The notes beneath the pieces are model-generated. The model had not been told where the DNA came from and ran no database searches. It saw only the letters and a list, made by a program, of their open reading frames with translations. Position numbers and translations under genes: made by a program. Source: Ranitomeya imitator (taxonomy: Eukaryota). Taken from it: 64,000 bases of DNA. Shown one piece after another: positions 1-11,100 of the stretch. Location of the stretch: assembly GCF_032444005.1 (NCBI RefSeq), contig NC_091282.1, positions 332,258,001 through 332,322,000 on the forward strand, read 5' to 3'. The stretch's first letter is position 1. Each line of letters begins with the position of its first letter.

Positions 1-700
1 GCGTTGCCGGGGCAACGCGTCTACTGTGGTGCGGTGCAGCCTCCCAGCTCTGACGCGTCGAGCGGGGAGGAGCACCGCCGCATGACGCCGAGGCCCGATG
101 ACGTCTGCGGATCCCCCCGGCGGAAGCGCTGCCTCAGCCGCTGCCATTATGTCCGAGAATGATATAAGCCGGTAACTCCACTCTGCACCTTACCCCTCGT
201 CAAAGCTACACGCGAAACGCGCGTCGGGGAATCGCTCCACGGCTACAGGTAATGTGTCCTTGCCACTGTGCCTTATCCACTTTTGGTCACCACGTCAGTT
301 CGCTACAGCAGCACTTACTTAATTGCTGGTAACGTAGTTAGGCCACACCATCCACTAGGATATATTTATATATGTACTAACTTGCAATCCTCGGTCTATC
401 AGCTTTTTTTACATATAGAATCGCTGCACCAAAGCACATTAGCACTTTATTAGCCGCTATAAGCGTCTGTATGCTCTTGACTATACCCTGTACTTAATGA
501 CCCATGACATTGCCTGGTTCTAGTCTGGGGCGATTATATCATTTGCACTGTGTATCCGCATAACCCATTTTTTATCTACCTTTATGTTAATGTCTTTTTA
601 CCTCTTTTGATTGAAATAAAGTATGTTTACTATTTTAAGGCTATAGCTTTCTCTTGTTCTGTTTTTTGGATGCATTTATCTTTTGTCAAAGCTGCCTTCC
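1..700 (+). mobile_element. Probable Penelope-like element pseudo-LTR/UTR remnant (runs off window start)
   Basis: CpG-rich segment, minimal-hammerhead scaffold at 193-229, donor-like CAG|GTAATG at ~249, and AATAAA at ~615. This arrangement is typical of PLE pLTRs. Right boundary is approximate. Confidence 0.45.
193..229 (+). ncRNA. Minimal type I hammerhead ribozyme scaffold with corrupted catalytic core
   Basis: CCCC-TCGTCAA-A-GC-TACAC-GC-GAAA-C-GCGC-GTC-GGGG. Stem I (CCCC/GGGG), short stem II, GAAA, palindromic GCGC stem III loop and the GTC cleavage triplet are present; the YUGANGA core is replaced by its reverse complement. Confidence 0.55.
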
Positions 701-1450
701 CTAGGCATGTACTTTTTCTGAGGTTATGGAAAACAAAACAATCCGTAACCTGTTGCCATGGGTGACTGCACCGCCGTGTATGCTGAGGAGTGCCAGGCCC
801 CTTTGGCTCTGTGTTGCCTCACACAGGTTGAGGCTATGGCAGAGCCTTCTGTTCTGCAAGCTTGTAAAACCAAAACTGACCCACCCAACCCTCTGCTGCA
901 AGGTTTTTTTTTGTTTTTTTTTGCAAGGAACTCGTGGCCGTAGGCCACATGGAAAAATCGTCTGGTGAGGAAATGGACCACCCCCCTACCTTCCGGTAGT
1001 CCGTTTAAAAAAAATAAAAGCCCTTGGCAGGTTTTCCTAAATCTGCTTTGAACTACTAGCTTGCCCAAGACCAACACTCACTATTCTGCATTTAAATCAC
1101 AGCTATGCCTGTGACTGCAATGCACTCTTACGGCCTCAATACGTTTCTGTGCGCATCTTGGGGGACACATAGCGACCATTGCATATAACCCCGGTCACTG
1201 CCTCACACACGTTAAAATATTATAGCTACCTTATATCACACACTAAACCTATGCTTTCAGCTACAGAGCGTTACTTATGGTCTAGATAGTAGCTGGTAAA
1301 CCACCATTAAATACTATTGGCTGTTAGCCACATGTTGTTCATCAGCCAATGGTGAAATAAAATGCATATAATTCACCTGCTGAAACAAATAAATGTAAAA
1401 CTGTTAAAAACTATGAACAGAGAAAGAAGCAACGCACAATCAATCACATA

Positions 1451-3100
1451 CAGTTAGGTCCATATATATTTGGACAGAGACAACATTTTTCTAATTTAGG
1501 TTATAGACATTACCACAATGAATTTTAAACAAAACAATTCAGATGCAGTTGAAGTTCAGACTTTCAGCTTTCATTTGAGGGTATCCACATTAAAATTGGA
1601 TGAAGGGTTTAGGAGTTTCAGCTCCTTAACATGTGCCACCCTGTTTTTAAAGGGACCAAAAGTAATTGGACAGATTCAATAATTTTAAATAAAATGTTCA
1701 TTTTTAGTACTTGGTTGAAAACCGTTTGTTGGCAATGACTGCCTGAAGTCTTGAACTCATGGACATCACCAGACACCGTGCTTCCTCCTTCTTGATGCTC
1801 TGCCAGGCCTTCACTGCGGTGGTTTTCAGTTGCTGTTTGTTTGTGGGCCTTTCTGTCTGAAGTGTAGTCTTTAACAAGTGAAATGCATGCTCAATTGGGT
1901 TGAGATCAGGTGACTTACTTGGCCATTCAAGAATATTCCACTTCTTTGCTTTAATAAACTCCTGGGTTGCTTTGGCTTTATGTTTTGGGTCATTGTCCAT
2001 CTGTAGTATGAAACGACGACCAATCCATTTGGCTGCATTTGGCTGAATCTGAGCACACAGTATGGCTCTGAATACCTCAGAATTCATTCGGCTGCTTCTG
2101 TCCTGTGTCACATCATCAATAAACACCAGTGACCCAGTGCCACTGGCAGCCATGCATGCCCAAGCCATCACACTGCCTCCGCCGTGTTTTACAGATGATG
2201 TGGTATGCTTTGGATCATGAGCTGTACCTCGCCTTTGCCATACTTTTCTCTTTCCATCATTCTGGTAGAGGTTGATCTTGGTTTCATCTGTCCAAAGAAA
2301 GTTCTTCCGGAACTTTGCTGGCTTTTTTAGATGTTTTTTTAGCAAAGTCTAGTCTAGCCTTTTTATTCTTGAATCTTGTGAGTTGCTTGCACCGTGCAGT
2401 GAACCCTCTGTATTTACTTTCATGCAGTCTTCTCTTTATGGTAGATTAGAATATTGATACGCCGACCTCCTGGAGAGTGTTGGTCACTTGGTTGGCTCTT
2501 GTGAAGGGGTTTCTCTTCACCATGGAGATTATTCTGTGATCATCTACCACTGTTGTCTTCCGTGGGCGCCCAGGACTTTTTGCATTGATGAGTTCACCAG
2601 TGCTTTCTTTCTTTCTCAGGATGTACCAAATTGTAGATTTTGCAACTCCTAATATTGTAGCAATTTCTCGGGATGTTTTTTTTTTGTTTTCACAGCTTAA
2701 GGATGGCTTGTTTCACCTGCATGGAGAGCTCTTTTGACCGCATGTTTACTTCACAGCAAAATCTTCCAAATGCAAGCACAACACCTCAAATCAACTCCAG
2801 GCCTTTTATCTGTTTAATCAAGAATTACATAACGAAGGGATTGCCCACACCTTTCCATGAAACCGCTTTGGATTCAATTGTCCAATTAATTTTGGTCCCT
2901 TTAAAAACAGGGTGGCACATGTTAAGGAGCTGAAACTCCTAAGCCCTTCATCCAATTTTAATGTGTATACCCTCGAATGAAAGCTGAAAGTCTGAACTTC
3001 AACTGCATCAGAATTGTTTTGTTTAAAATTCATTGTGGTAATGTCTATAACCAAAATTAGAAAAATGTTGTCTCTGTCCAAATATATATGGACCTAACTG
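1451..3100 (-). mobile_element. Tc1-family DNA transposon (1650 bp) with long TIRs
   Basis: TA|CAGTTAGGTCCATATATATTTGGACAG...CTGTCCAAATATATATGGACCTAACTG|TA. TIRs are ~200+ bp; TA TSD at 1449-1450 and 3101-3102. Confidence 0.97.
1704..2743 (-). pseudogene. Tc1 DD34E transposase, disrupted N-terminus, catalytic half open (1704-2345)
   Basis: Starts MRSKELSMQVKQAILKL followed by TGA. ORF 1704-2345 contains WTDETKINL, KHGGGSVMAW and QMDNDPKH-x-SPDLNPIEH, with 34 residues between D and E. Confidence 0.92.
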
Positions 3101-3426
3101 TATATTGAAGGATAAGATCCTGTCTCACATTTAGTCCTAGTGGGGTTCTGGTGTTTAACTTGAAGATACAAAATGATTCTCTGATCAGGATTTTCTCTTT
3201 CAAGTTACCACCCCGAGTTGGTCTATAGACCCTTTCTATGCCTGCAAATATTAAAGATGGTATATCCCCTTTGCATGTGTACAGAAAATGCCTGGAAACC
3301 GCAGAAATATTAATGATTGTCTGATTTACCGCATCTGACATGTGCCTTCTGATGCGGTTTTTCAAGGGTCCAATTGTACAGCCCATATATTGGATTTGAC
3401 ACGTTGTACATTCAATTAACCCCTTA

Positions 3427-4153
3427 AGGTACCTTCACACATAACGATATTGTTAACGATATCGTTGCTATTTGTGACGTAGCAACGATATCGTTAATGA
3501 AATCGTTATGTGTGACAGCGACCAACGATCAGGCCCCTGCTGGGAGATCGTTGGTCGCTGAATAAAGTCCAGAACTTTATTTCGTCGCTGGATCTCCCGT
3601 GGACATCGCTGGATCGGCGTGTGTGACACCGATCCAGCGATGTCTTCACTGGTAACCAGGGTAAACATCGGGTAACTAAGCGCAGGGCCGCGCTTAGTAA
3701 CCCGATGTTTACCCTGGTTACCATGCTAAAAGTAAAAAAAAACAAACACTAGATACTTACCTACAGCCGTCTGTCCTCCAGCGCTGCGCTCTGCTCTCCT
3801 CCTGTACTGGCTGTGAGCCGGAAAGCAGAGCGGTGACGTCACCGCTCTGCTTTCCGGCTCCCAGACAGTACAGGAGGAGAGCAGAGAAGCAGAGCACAGC
3901 GCTGGAGGACAGACAGTGGTAGGTAAGTATCTAGTGTTTGTTTGTTTTTTACTTTTAGCATGGTAACCAGGGTAAACATCGGGTTACTAAGCGCGGCCCT
4001 GCGCTTAGTTACCCGATGTTTACCCTGGTTACCGGCATCGTTGGTCGCTGGAGAGCGGTCTGTGTGACAGCTCTCCAGCGACCAAACAGCGACGCTGCAG
4101 CGATCCGGATCGTTGTCGGTATCGCTGCAGCGTCGCTAAATGTGAAGGGGCCT
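3427..4153. mobile_element. PIF/Harbinger-type MITE, highly palindromic
   Basis: TTA TSD (3424-3426 and 4154-4156); TIR AGGTACCTTCACA / TGTGAAGGGGCCT. Two internal ~70-nt hairpins and a central perfect 46-bp palindrome (3815-3860) centred on TGACGTCA. Confidence 0.85.
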
Positions 4154-4639
4154 TTAGTGACAGAGCCAATTTGGTACTTAATGACCGAGCCAATTTTTAC
4201 AATTCTGACCACTGTCACTTTATGAGGTTATAACTCTGGAACGCTTCAACGGATCCCGCTGATTCTGAGATTATTTTTTCGTCACATATTGTACTTCATG
4301 TTAGTGGTAACATTTCTTCGATATTACTTTCGATTATTTATGAAAAAAACGGAAATATGGCGAAAATGTTTAAAATTTTTCAATTTTCAAACTTTGTATT
4401 TTTATGCCCTTAAATCAGAGAGATATGTCACGAAAAATAGTTAATAAATAACATTTCCCACATGTCTACTTTACATCAGCACAATTTTGGAAATACATTT
4501 TTTTTTTTGTTAGGGAGTTATAAGGGTTAAAAGTTGACCAGCAATTTCTCATTTTTACAACACCATTTTTTTTTAGGGACCACATCACATTTGAAGTCAT
4601 TTTGAGGAGTCTATATGATAGAAAATAACAAAGTGTGGC

Positions 4640-6570
4640 ACCATTCTAAAAACTACACCCCTCAAGGTTCTCAAAACCACTTTTAAGAAGTTTATTAACC
4701 CTTTACGTGCTTCACAGGAACTGAAACAATGTGGAAGGAAAAAATGAACATTTAACTTTTTTTTGCAAACATCTTAATTCAGAACCATTTTTTTTATTTT
4801 CACATGTGTAAAAACAGAAATGTAACCATAAATTTTGTTATGCAATTTCTCCTGAATACGCCAATACCCCATATGTGGGGGTAAACCACTTTTTGGGCGC
4901 ACCGCAGAACTTGGAAGTGAAGGAGCGCCGTTTGACTTTTTCAATGCAGAATTGGCTGGAATTGAGATCGGACGCCATGTCACGTTTAGAGAGCCCCTGA
5001 TGTACCTAAACAGTGGAAACTCCCCACAAGTGACCCCATTTTGGAAACTAGACCCCTTAAGGAACTTATCTAGATGTGTGGTGAGCACTTTGAACCCCCA
5101 AGTGCTTCACGGAAGTTTAAAACGTAGAGCCGTGAAAATAAAAAATCGCTTTTGTTTACACAAAAATGATCTTTTCGCCCACAAATTCTTATTTTCACAA
5201 GGGTAACAGGAGAAATTAGACACAAAAGTTGTTGTGCGATTTCTCCTGAATACGTCGATACCCCATATGTGAGGGTAAACCACTGTTTGGGCGCACCGCA
5301 GAGCTTGGAAGGGAAGGAGTGCAGTTTTACTTTTTCAATGTAGAATTGTCTGGAATTGAGATCGGACGCCATGTTACATTTGCAGAGCCCCTGGTGTGCC
5401 TAAACAGTGGAAACCCCCCACAAGTGACACCATTTTGGAAACTAGACCCCTTAAGGAACTCATCTAGATGTGTGGTGAGCACTTTGAACCCCCATGTGCT
5501 TCACAGAAGTTTATAACGTAGAGCTGTGAAAATGAAAAATCTTATTTTTTCTACAAAAATGATTTTTTGCCCCCAAATTTTTATTTTCACAAGGGTAACA
5601 GGAGAAATTAGACCACAAAAGTTGTTGTGCGATTTCTCCTGAGTACGTCGGTACCCAATATGTGGGGGTAAACCACTGTTTGGGCGCACCGCAGAGCTTG
5701 GAAGAGAAGGAGTGCCGTTCTACTTTTTCAATGTAGAATTGACTGGAATTGAGATCGGACACCATGTCGCATTTGGAGAGCCCCTGATGTGCCTAAACAG
5801 TAGAAATCCCCCACAAGTGACCCCATTTTGGAAACTAGACCCCCCATGGAACTTATCTAGATGTGTGGTGAGAACTTTGAATGCCCAAGTGCTTCACAGA
5901 AGTTTAGAATGCAGTCGTGAAAATAAAAAATATTTTTTTTTCCACAAAAAAGATATTGTAGCCCCCAAGTTTTTATTTTCACAAGGGTAACAGGAGAAAT
6001 TGGACTGCAAGAGTTGTTGTCTAATTTATCCCGAGTACGCTGATGCGCCATATGTGGGGGTAAACCACTGTTTGGGCGCACGGCAGAGCTCGGAAGGGAA
6101 GGAGCGCCGTTTTGGAATGCAGACTTTGATAGAATGGTCTGTGGGCGTTATGTTGCGATTGCAGAGCCCCTGATGTACCTAAACAGTAGTAACCCCCCAC
6201 AAGTGACCCCATTTTGGAAACTAGACCCCCCAAGGAACTTATCTAGATGTATGGTGAGAACTTTGAATGCCCAAGTGCTTCACAGAAGTTTAGAATGCAG
6301 AGTCGTGAAAATAAAAAATATTTTTTTTCCACAAAAAAGATATTGTAGCCCCCAAGTTTTTATTTTCACAAGGGTAACAGGAGAAATTGGACCCCAGAAG
6401 TTGTTGTCCAATTTATCCCGAGTACGCTGATGCCCCATATGTGGGGGTAACCCACTGTTTGGGCGTACGGCAGAGCTCAGAAGGGAGGGAGCACCATTTG
6501 ACTTTTTGAGCGCAAAATTGGCTGTCGTGTTTGGAGACCCCCTGATGTACCTAAACAGTGGAAACCCCCC
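4640..6570. repeat. Tandem repeat, ~370-395 bp unit, about 5 diverged copies, inside the piggyBac-like element
   Basis: The motif CCTAAACAGTGGAAAC...CACAAGTGACCCCATTTTGGAAACTAGACCCC recurs near 5001, 5396, 5789, 6176 and 6546. Confidence 0.85.
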
Positions 6571-6580
6571 AATTCTAGCT

Positions 6581-6947
6581 CCAACCCTAACCCCAACACA
6601 CCCCTAACCCTAATTTAAACCTGATCCATAATCCTAATCACTAACCCTAACGATAATCACAACCCTTATGCCAAAACAACCCTAATGTCAACCCTAACCA
6701 TAACCCTAATCAAAACCCTAAATCCAACACACACCTAATCCTAATCTCAACCCTAACCTCAAACCTAACCCTAATCCCAATACACCCCTAATCACAACCC
6801 TAACCTTAACCCTAATCCCAAACCTAACCCTAATCCCAAGCGTAACCCCAATGCCAACCATAACCCTAATACTAACCCTAATCCAAACCCTAACCCTAAT
6901 CCTAACTCTAACCCTAACTTCAGCCCCAACCCTAACCCTAGCCCTAA
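6581..6947 (-). repeat. Degenerate telomere-like (TTAGGG)n array (CCCTAA on +), continuing at 13211-13285
   Basis: Runs of AACCCTAACCCTAA with CCTAAT/CCCCAA variants. The array is split by the MITE at 6948-13210. Confidence 0.9.
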
Positions 6948-7317
6948 GGCTACTTTCACACTTGCGTCATTTGGCATCCGTCGCAATCCGTCATTTTGGA
7001 CAAGAAAAGGGATCCTGCAAATGTGCCCGCAGGATGCGTTTTTTGCCCATAGACTTGTATTGCCGATGGATCGTGACGGATGGCCACACGTCGCGTCCGT
7101 CGTGCACTGGATCAGTGTTTTGGCGGACCGTCAGCACAAAAAAAGTTCAATGTAATGTTTTTTTGTACGTCGCATCCGCCATTTCTGACCGCGCATGCGT
7201 GGCCGTAACTCCGCCCCCTCCTCCCCAGGACATAGATCGGGCAGCGGATGCGTTGAAAAACTACATCCGCTGCCCACGGTGTGCACAATTTTCACAACGT
7301 GCATTCGGTATGTCAGG

Positions 7318-8138
7318 TGTTGTGAATTCTGTTGTCAAGCTCCCTCCTGTGGTCATGAATGGTACTTCGGCTGGTTCTGTCCATGGGCTTCCTCTGGTGG
7401 TTGTGAGTGGAGCTGCTGCTTCTGAGTTTCCTTCCACAGGTGACGAGGTTAATTCGTTAGCTGGCTGCTCTATTTAGCTCCACTTAGATCATTGCTCCAT
7501 GCCACCTGTCAATGTTCCAGTATTGGTCTTGTTCTCTCTTGGATCGTTCTTGTGACCTGTCTTCCCAGCAGAAGCTAAGTTCCTGCTTGCTTTTCTCTGG
7601 TTTGCTATTTTTCTGTCCAGCTTGCTATTTTGATTTTGTCTTGCTTGCTAGAAGCTCTGGGACGCAGAGGGAGCGCCTCCGCACCGTGAGTCGGTGCGGA
7701 GGGTCTTTTTGCGCCCTCTGCATGGTCTTTTTGTAGTTTTTTGTGCTGACCGCAAAGTTACCTTTCCTATCCTCTGTCTGTTCAGTAAGTCGGGCCTCAC
7801 TTTGCTAAATCTATTTCATCTCTGTGTTTGTAATTTTCATCTTTACTCACAGTCATTATATGTGGGGGGCTGCCTTTTCCTTTGGGGAATTTCTCTGAGG
7901 CAAGGTAGGCTTTATTTTTCTATCTCTAGGGCTAGCTAGTTTCTTAGGCTGTGTCGAGTTGCATAGGGAGCGTTAGGAGCAATCCACGGCTATTTCTAGT
8001 GTGTGTGATAGGATTAGGGATTGCGGTCAGCAGAGTTCCCACGTCTCAGAGCTCGTCCTATATTATTGTAACTATCAGGTCTTTCCGTGTGCTCTTAACC
8101 ACCAGGTCCATAATTGTCCTAACCACCAGGTCATAACA
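7318..8138 (+). repeat. Gypsy A 5' LTR
   Basis: Direct repeat of 12337-13157 with about 8 substitutions counted by eye; TG...CA ends. Confidence 0.97.
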
Positions 8139-8160
8139 GTACAGGTGGCCCAAAGTACTA

Positions 8161-11100
8161 ATGCATCTCAATAGAGGGATAAGAGAAGTGCTGAGACCAT
8201 TTTTTTTTCTTTGCAGTGTGTTTTGTCTCTCTTTTCCCCTTTACCTCTGGGTGGTTCAGGATACAGGTGTAGATATGGACATTCAAGGTCTGTCCTCTTG
8301 TATGAATAATCTCACTGCAAGGGTACAAAATATTCAAGATTTTGTGGTTCAGAATCCTATGTTAGAGCCTAGGATTCCAATTCCTGATTTGTTTTTTGGA
8401 GATAGATCTAAGTTTCTGAATTTCAAAAATAATTGTAAATTGTTTCTTGCTTTGAAACCTCGCTCCTCAGGTGACCCTGTTCAACAAGTGAAAATCATTA
8501 TTTCTTTGTTACGTGGCGATCCTCAAGACTGGGCATTTTCCCTTGTGCCAGGAGATCCGTCATTGCGTGATGTTGATGCGTTTTTTCTGGCGCTCGGATT
8601 GCTTTATGATGAACCTAATTCAGTGGATCAGGCAGAGAAAATCTTGCTGGCTCTGTGTCAGGGTCAGGATGAAGCGGAGGTGTATTGTCAGAAGTTTAGG
8701 AAGTGGTCTGTACTCACTCAGTGGAATGAATGTGCCCTGGCAGCAATTTTCAGAAAGGGTCTCTCTGAAGCCCTTAAGGATGTCATGGTGGGATTTCCCA
8801 TGCCTGCTGGTCTGAATGAGTCTATGTCTTTGGCCATTCAGATCGATCGACGCTTGCGTGAGCGTAAAGCTGTGCACCATTTGGCGGTATTATCTGAGCA
8901 TAGACCTGAGCCTATGCAATGTGATAGGACTTTGACCAGAGCTGAACGGCAAGAACACAGACGTCGGAATGGGCTGTGTTTTTACTGTGGTGATTCCACT
9001 CATGCTATCTCCGATTGTCCTAAGCGCACTAAGCGTTTCGCTAGGTCTGCCACCATTGGTACGGTACAGTCGAAATTTCTTTTGTCCGTTACTCTGATTT
9101 GCTCTCTGTCGTCCTATTCTGTTATGGCATTTGTGGATTCAGGCGCTGCCCTGAATTTGATGGACTTGGAGTTTGCCAGGCGTTGTGGTTTTTTCTTGGA
9201 GCCCTTGCAGCATCCTATTCCATTGAGAGGAATTGATGCTACGCCTTTGGCCAAGAATAAGCCTCAGTACTGGACCCAATTGACCATGTGTATGGCTCCT
9301 GCGCATCAGGAGGATATTCGCTTTTTGGTGTTGCATAATCTGCATGATGTGGTCGTTTTGGGGTTGCCATGGCTACAGGTCCATAATCCAGTATTGGATT
9401 GGAAATCTATGTCTGTGTCCAGCTGGGGTTGTCAGGGGGTACATGGTGATGTTCCATTTTTGTCTATTTCGTCATCCACCCCTTCTAAAGTCCCGGAGTT
9501 TTTGTCGGATTACCGGGATGTATTTAATGAGCCCAAATCCAGTGCCCTACCTCCTCATAGGGATTGCGATTGTGCTATCAATTTGATTCCTGGTAGTAAG
9601 TTTCCTAAGGGCCGACTGTTCAATTTATCTGTGCCAGAGCACGCCGCTATGCGGAGTTATGTAAAGGAATCCCTGGAGAAGGGTCATATTCGCCCGTCGT
9701 CGTCATTATTGGGAGCAGGGTTCTTTTTTGTGGCCAAGAAGGATGGTTCTTTGAGACCTTGTATTGATTACCGCCTTCTTAATAAGATCACAGTTAAATT
9801 TCAGTACCCCTTGACGCTGCTGTCAGATTTATTTGCTCGGATTAAGGGGGCTAGTTGGTTCACCAAGATAGATCTTCGTGGTGCGTATAATCTTGTGCGT
9901 ATTAAACAGGGCGATGAATGGAAAACAGCATTTAATACGGCCGAGGGCCATTTTGAGTACCTGGTTATGCCATTCGGGCTTTCCAATGCTCCATCAGTAT
10001 TTCAGTCCTTTATGCATGACATCTTCCGAGAGTACCTGGATAAATTCCTGATTGTATATTTGGATGATATTTTGGTCTTCTCGGATGATTGGGAGTCTCA
10101 CGTGAAGCAGGTCAGAATGGTGTTCCAGGTCCTTCGTGCGAATTCTTTGTTTGTGAAGGGGTCAAAGTGTCTCTTTGGAGTTCAGAAGGTTTCATTTTTG
10201 GGTTTCATTTTTTCCCCTTCTACTATCGAGATGGACCCTGTTAAAGTCCAGGCCATTTATGATTGGACTCAGCCGACATCTGTGAAGAGTCTGCAAAAGT
10301 TCCTGGGCTTTGCTAATTTTTATCGTCGCTTCATCAGTAATTTTTCTAGTGTTGCTAAACCGTTGACTGATTTAACCAAGAAGGGTGCTGATGTGGTCAA
10401 TTGGTCTTCTGCGGCTGTGAAGGCTTTTCAGGAGTTGAAGCGTCGTTTTTCTTCTGCCCCTGTGTTGTGCCAGCCAGATGTTTCGCTTCCGTTTCAGGTC
10501 GAGGTTGATGCTTATGAGATTGGAGCAGGGGCTGTTTTGTCGCAAAGAAGTTCTGATGGCTCGGTGATGAAACCATGTGCCTTCTTTTCTAGAAAGTTTT
10601 CGCCTGCTGAGCGTAATTATGATGTTGGCAATCGACAGTTGTTGGCCATGAAGTGGGCATTCGAGGAGTGGCGTCATTGGCTTGAAGGAGCCAAGCATCA
10701 CGTGGTGGTCTTGACGGATCACAAGAATTTGTTTTATCTCGAGTCTGCCAAACGGTTGAATCCTAGACAGGCTCGTTGGTCGCTATTTTTCTCCCGTTTT
10801 GATTTTGTGGTTTCGTACCTTCCAGGCTCTAAGAATGTGAAGGCTGATGCCCTGTCAAGGAGTTTTGTGCCCGACTCTCCGGGTGTTCCTGAGCCGGCGG
10901 GTATTCTCAAAGAGGGGGTAATTTTGTCTGCCATCTCCCCTGATTTGCGGCGGGTGCTGCAAAAATTTCAGGCTGATAGACCTGACGGTTGCCCAGCTGA
11001 GAAACTGTTTGTCCCTGATAGATGGACTAGTAGAGTTATCTCTGAGGTTCATTGTTCGGTGTTGGCTGGTCATCCTGGAATCTTTGGTACCAGAGATTTG

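Noticed and set aside
6792-7477. ORFs with LGLGLG / TLTLTL repeats (64 aa -, 208 aa +) and the similar ORFs at 13077-13351
   Set aside because: Translations of the (CCCTAA)n tract running into MITE and LTR sequence; not genes.
7512-8136. Short ORFs repeated in both LTRs of A, B and C
   Set aside because: Present twice only because LTRs are duplicated; no recognisable domains and not conserved in frame between A and C.
8141-8160. tRNA primer-binding site for Gypsy A (likewise B and C)
   Set aside because: No TGG start adjacent to the LTR; perfect complementarity to the element's own predicted 5' end explains the site better.
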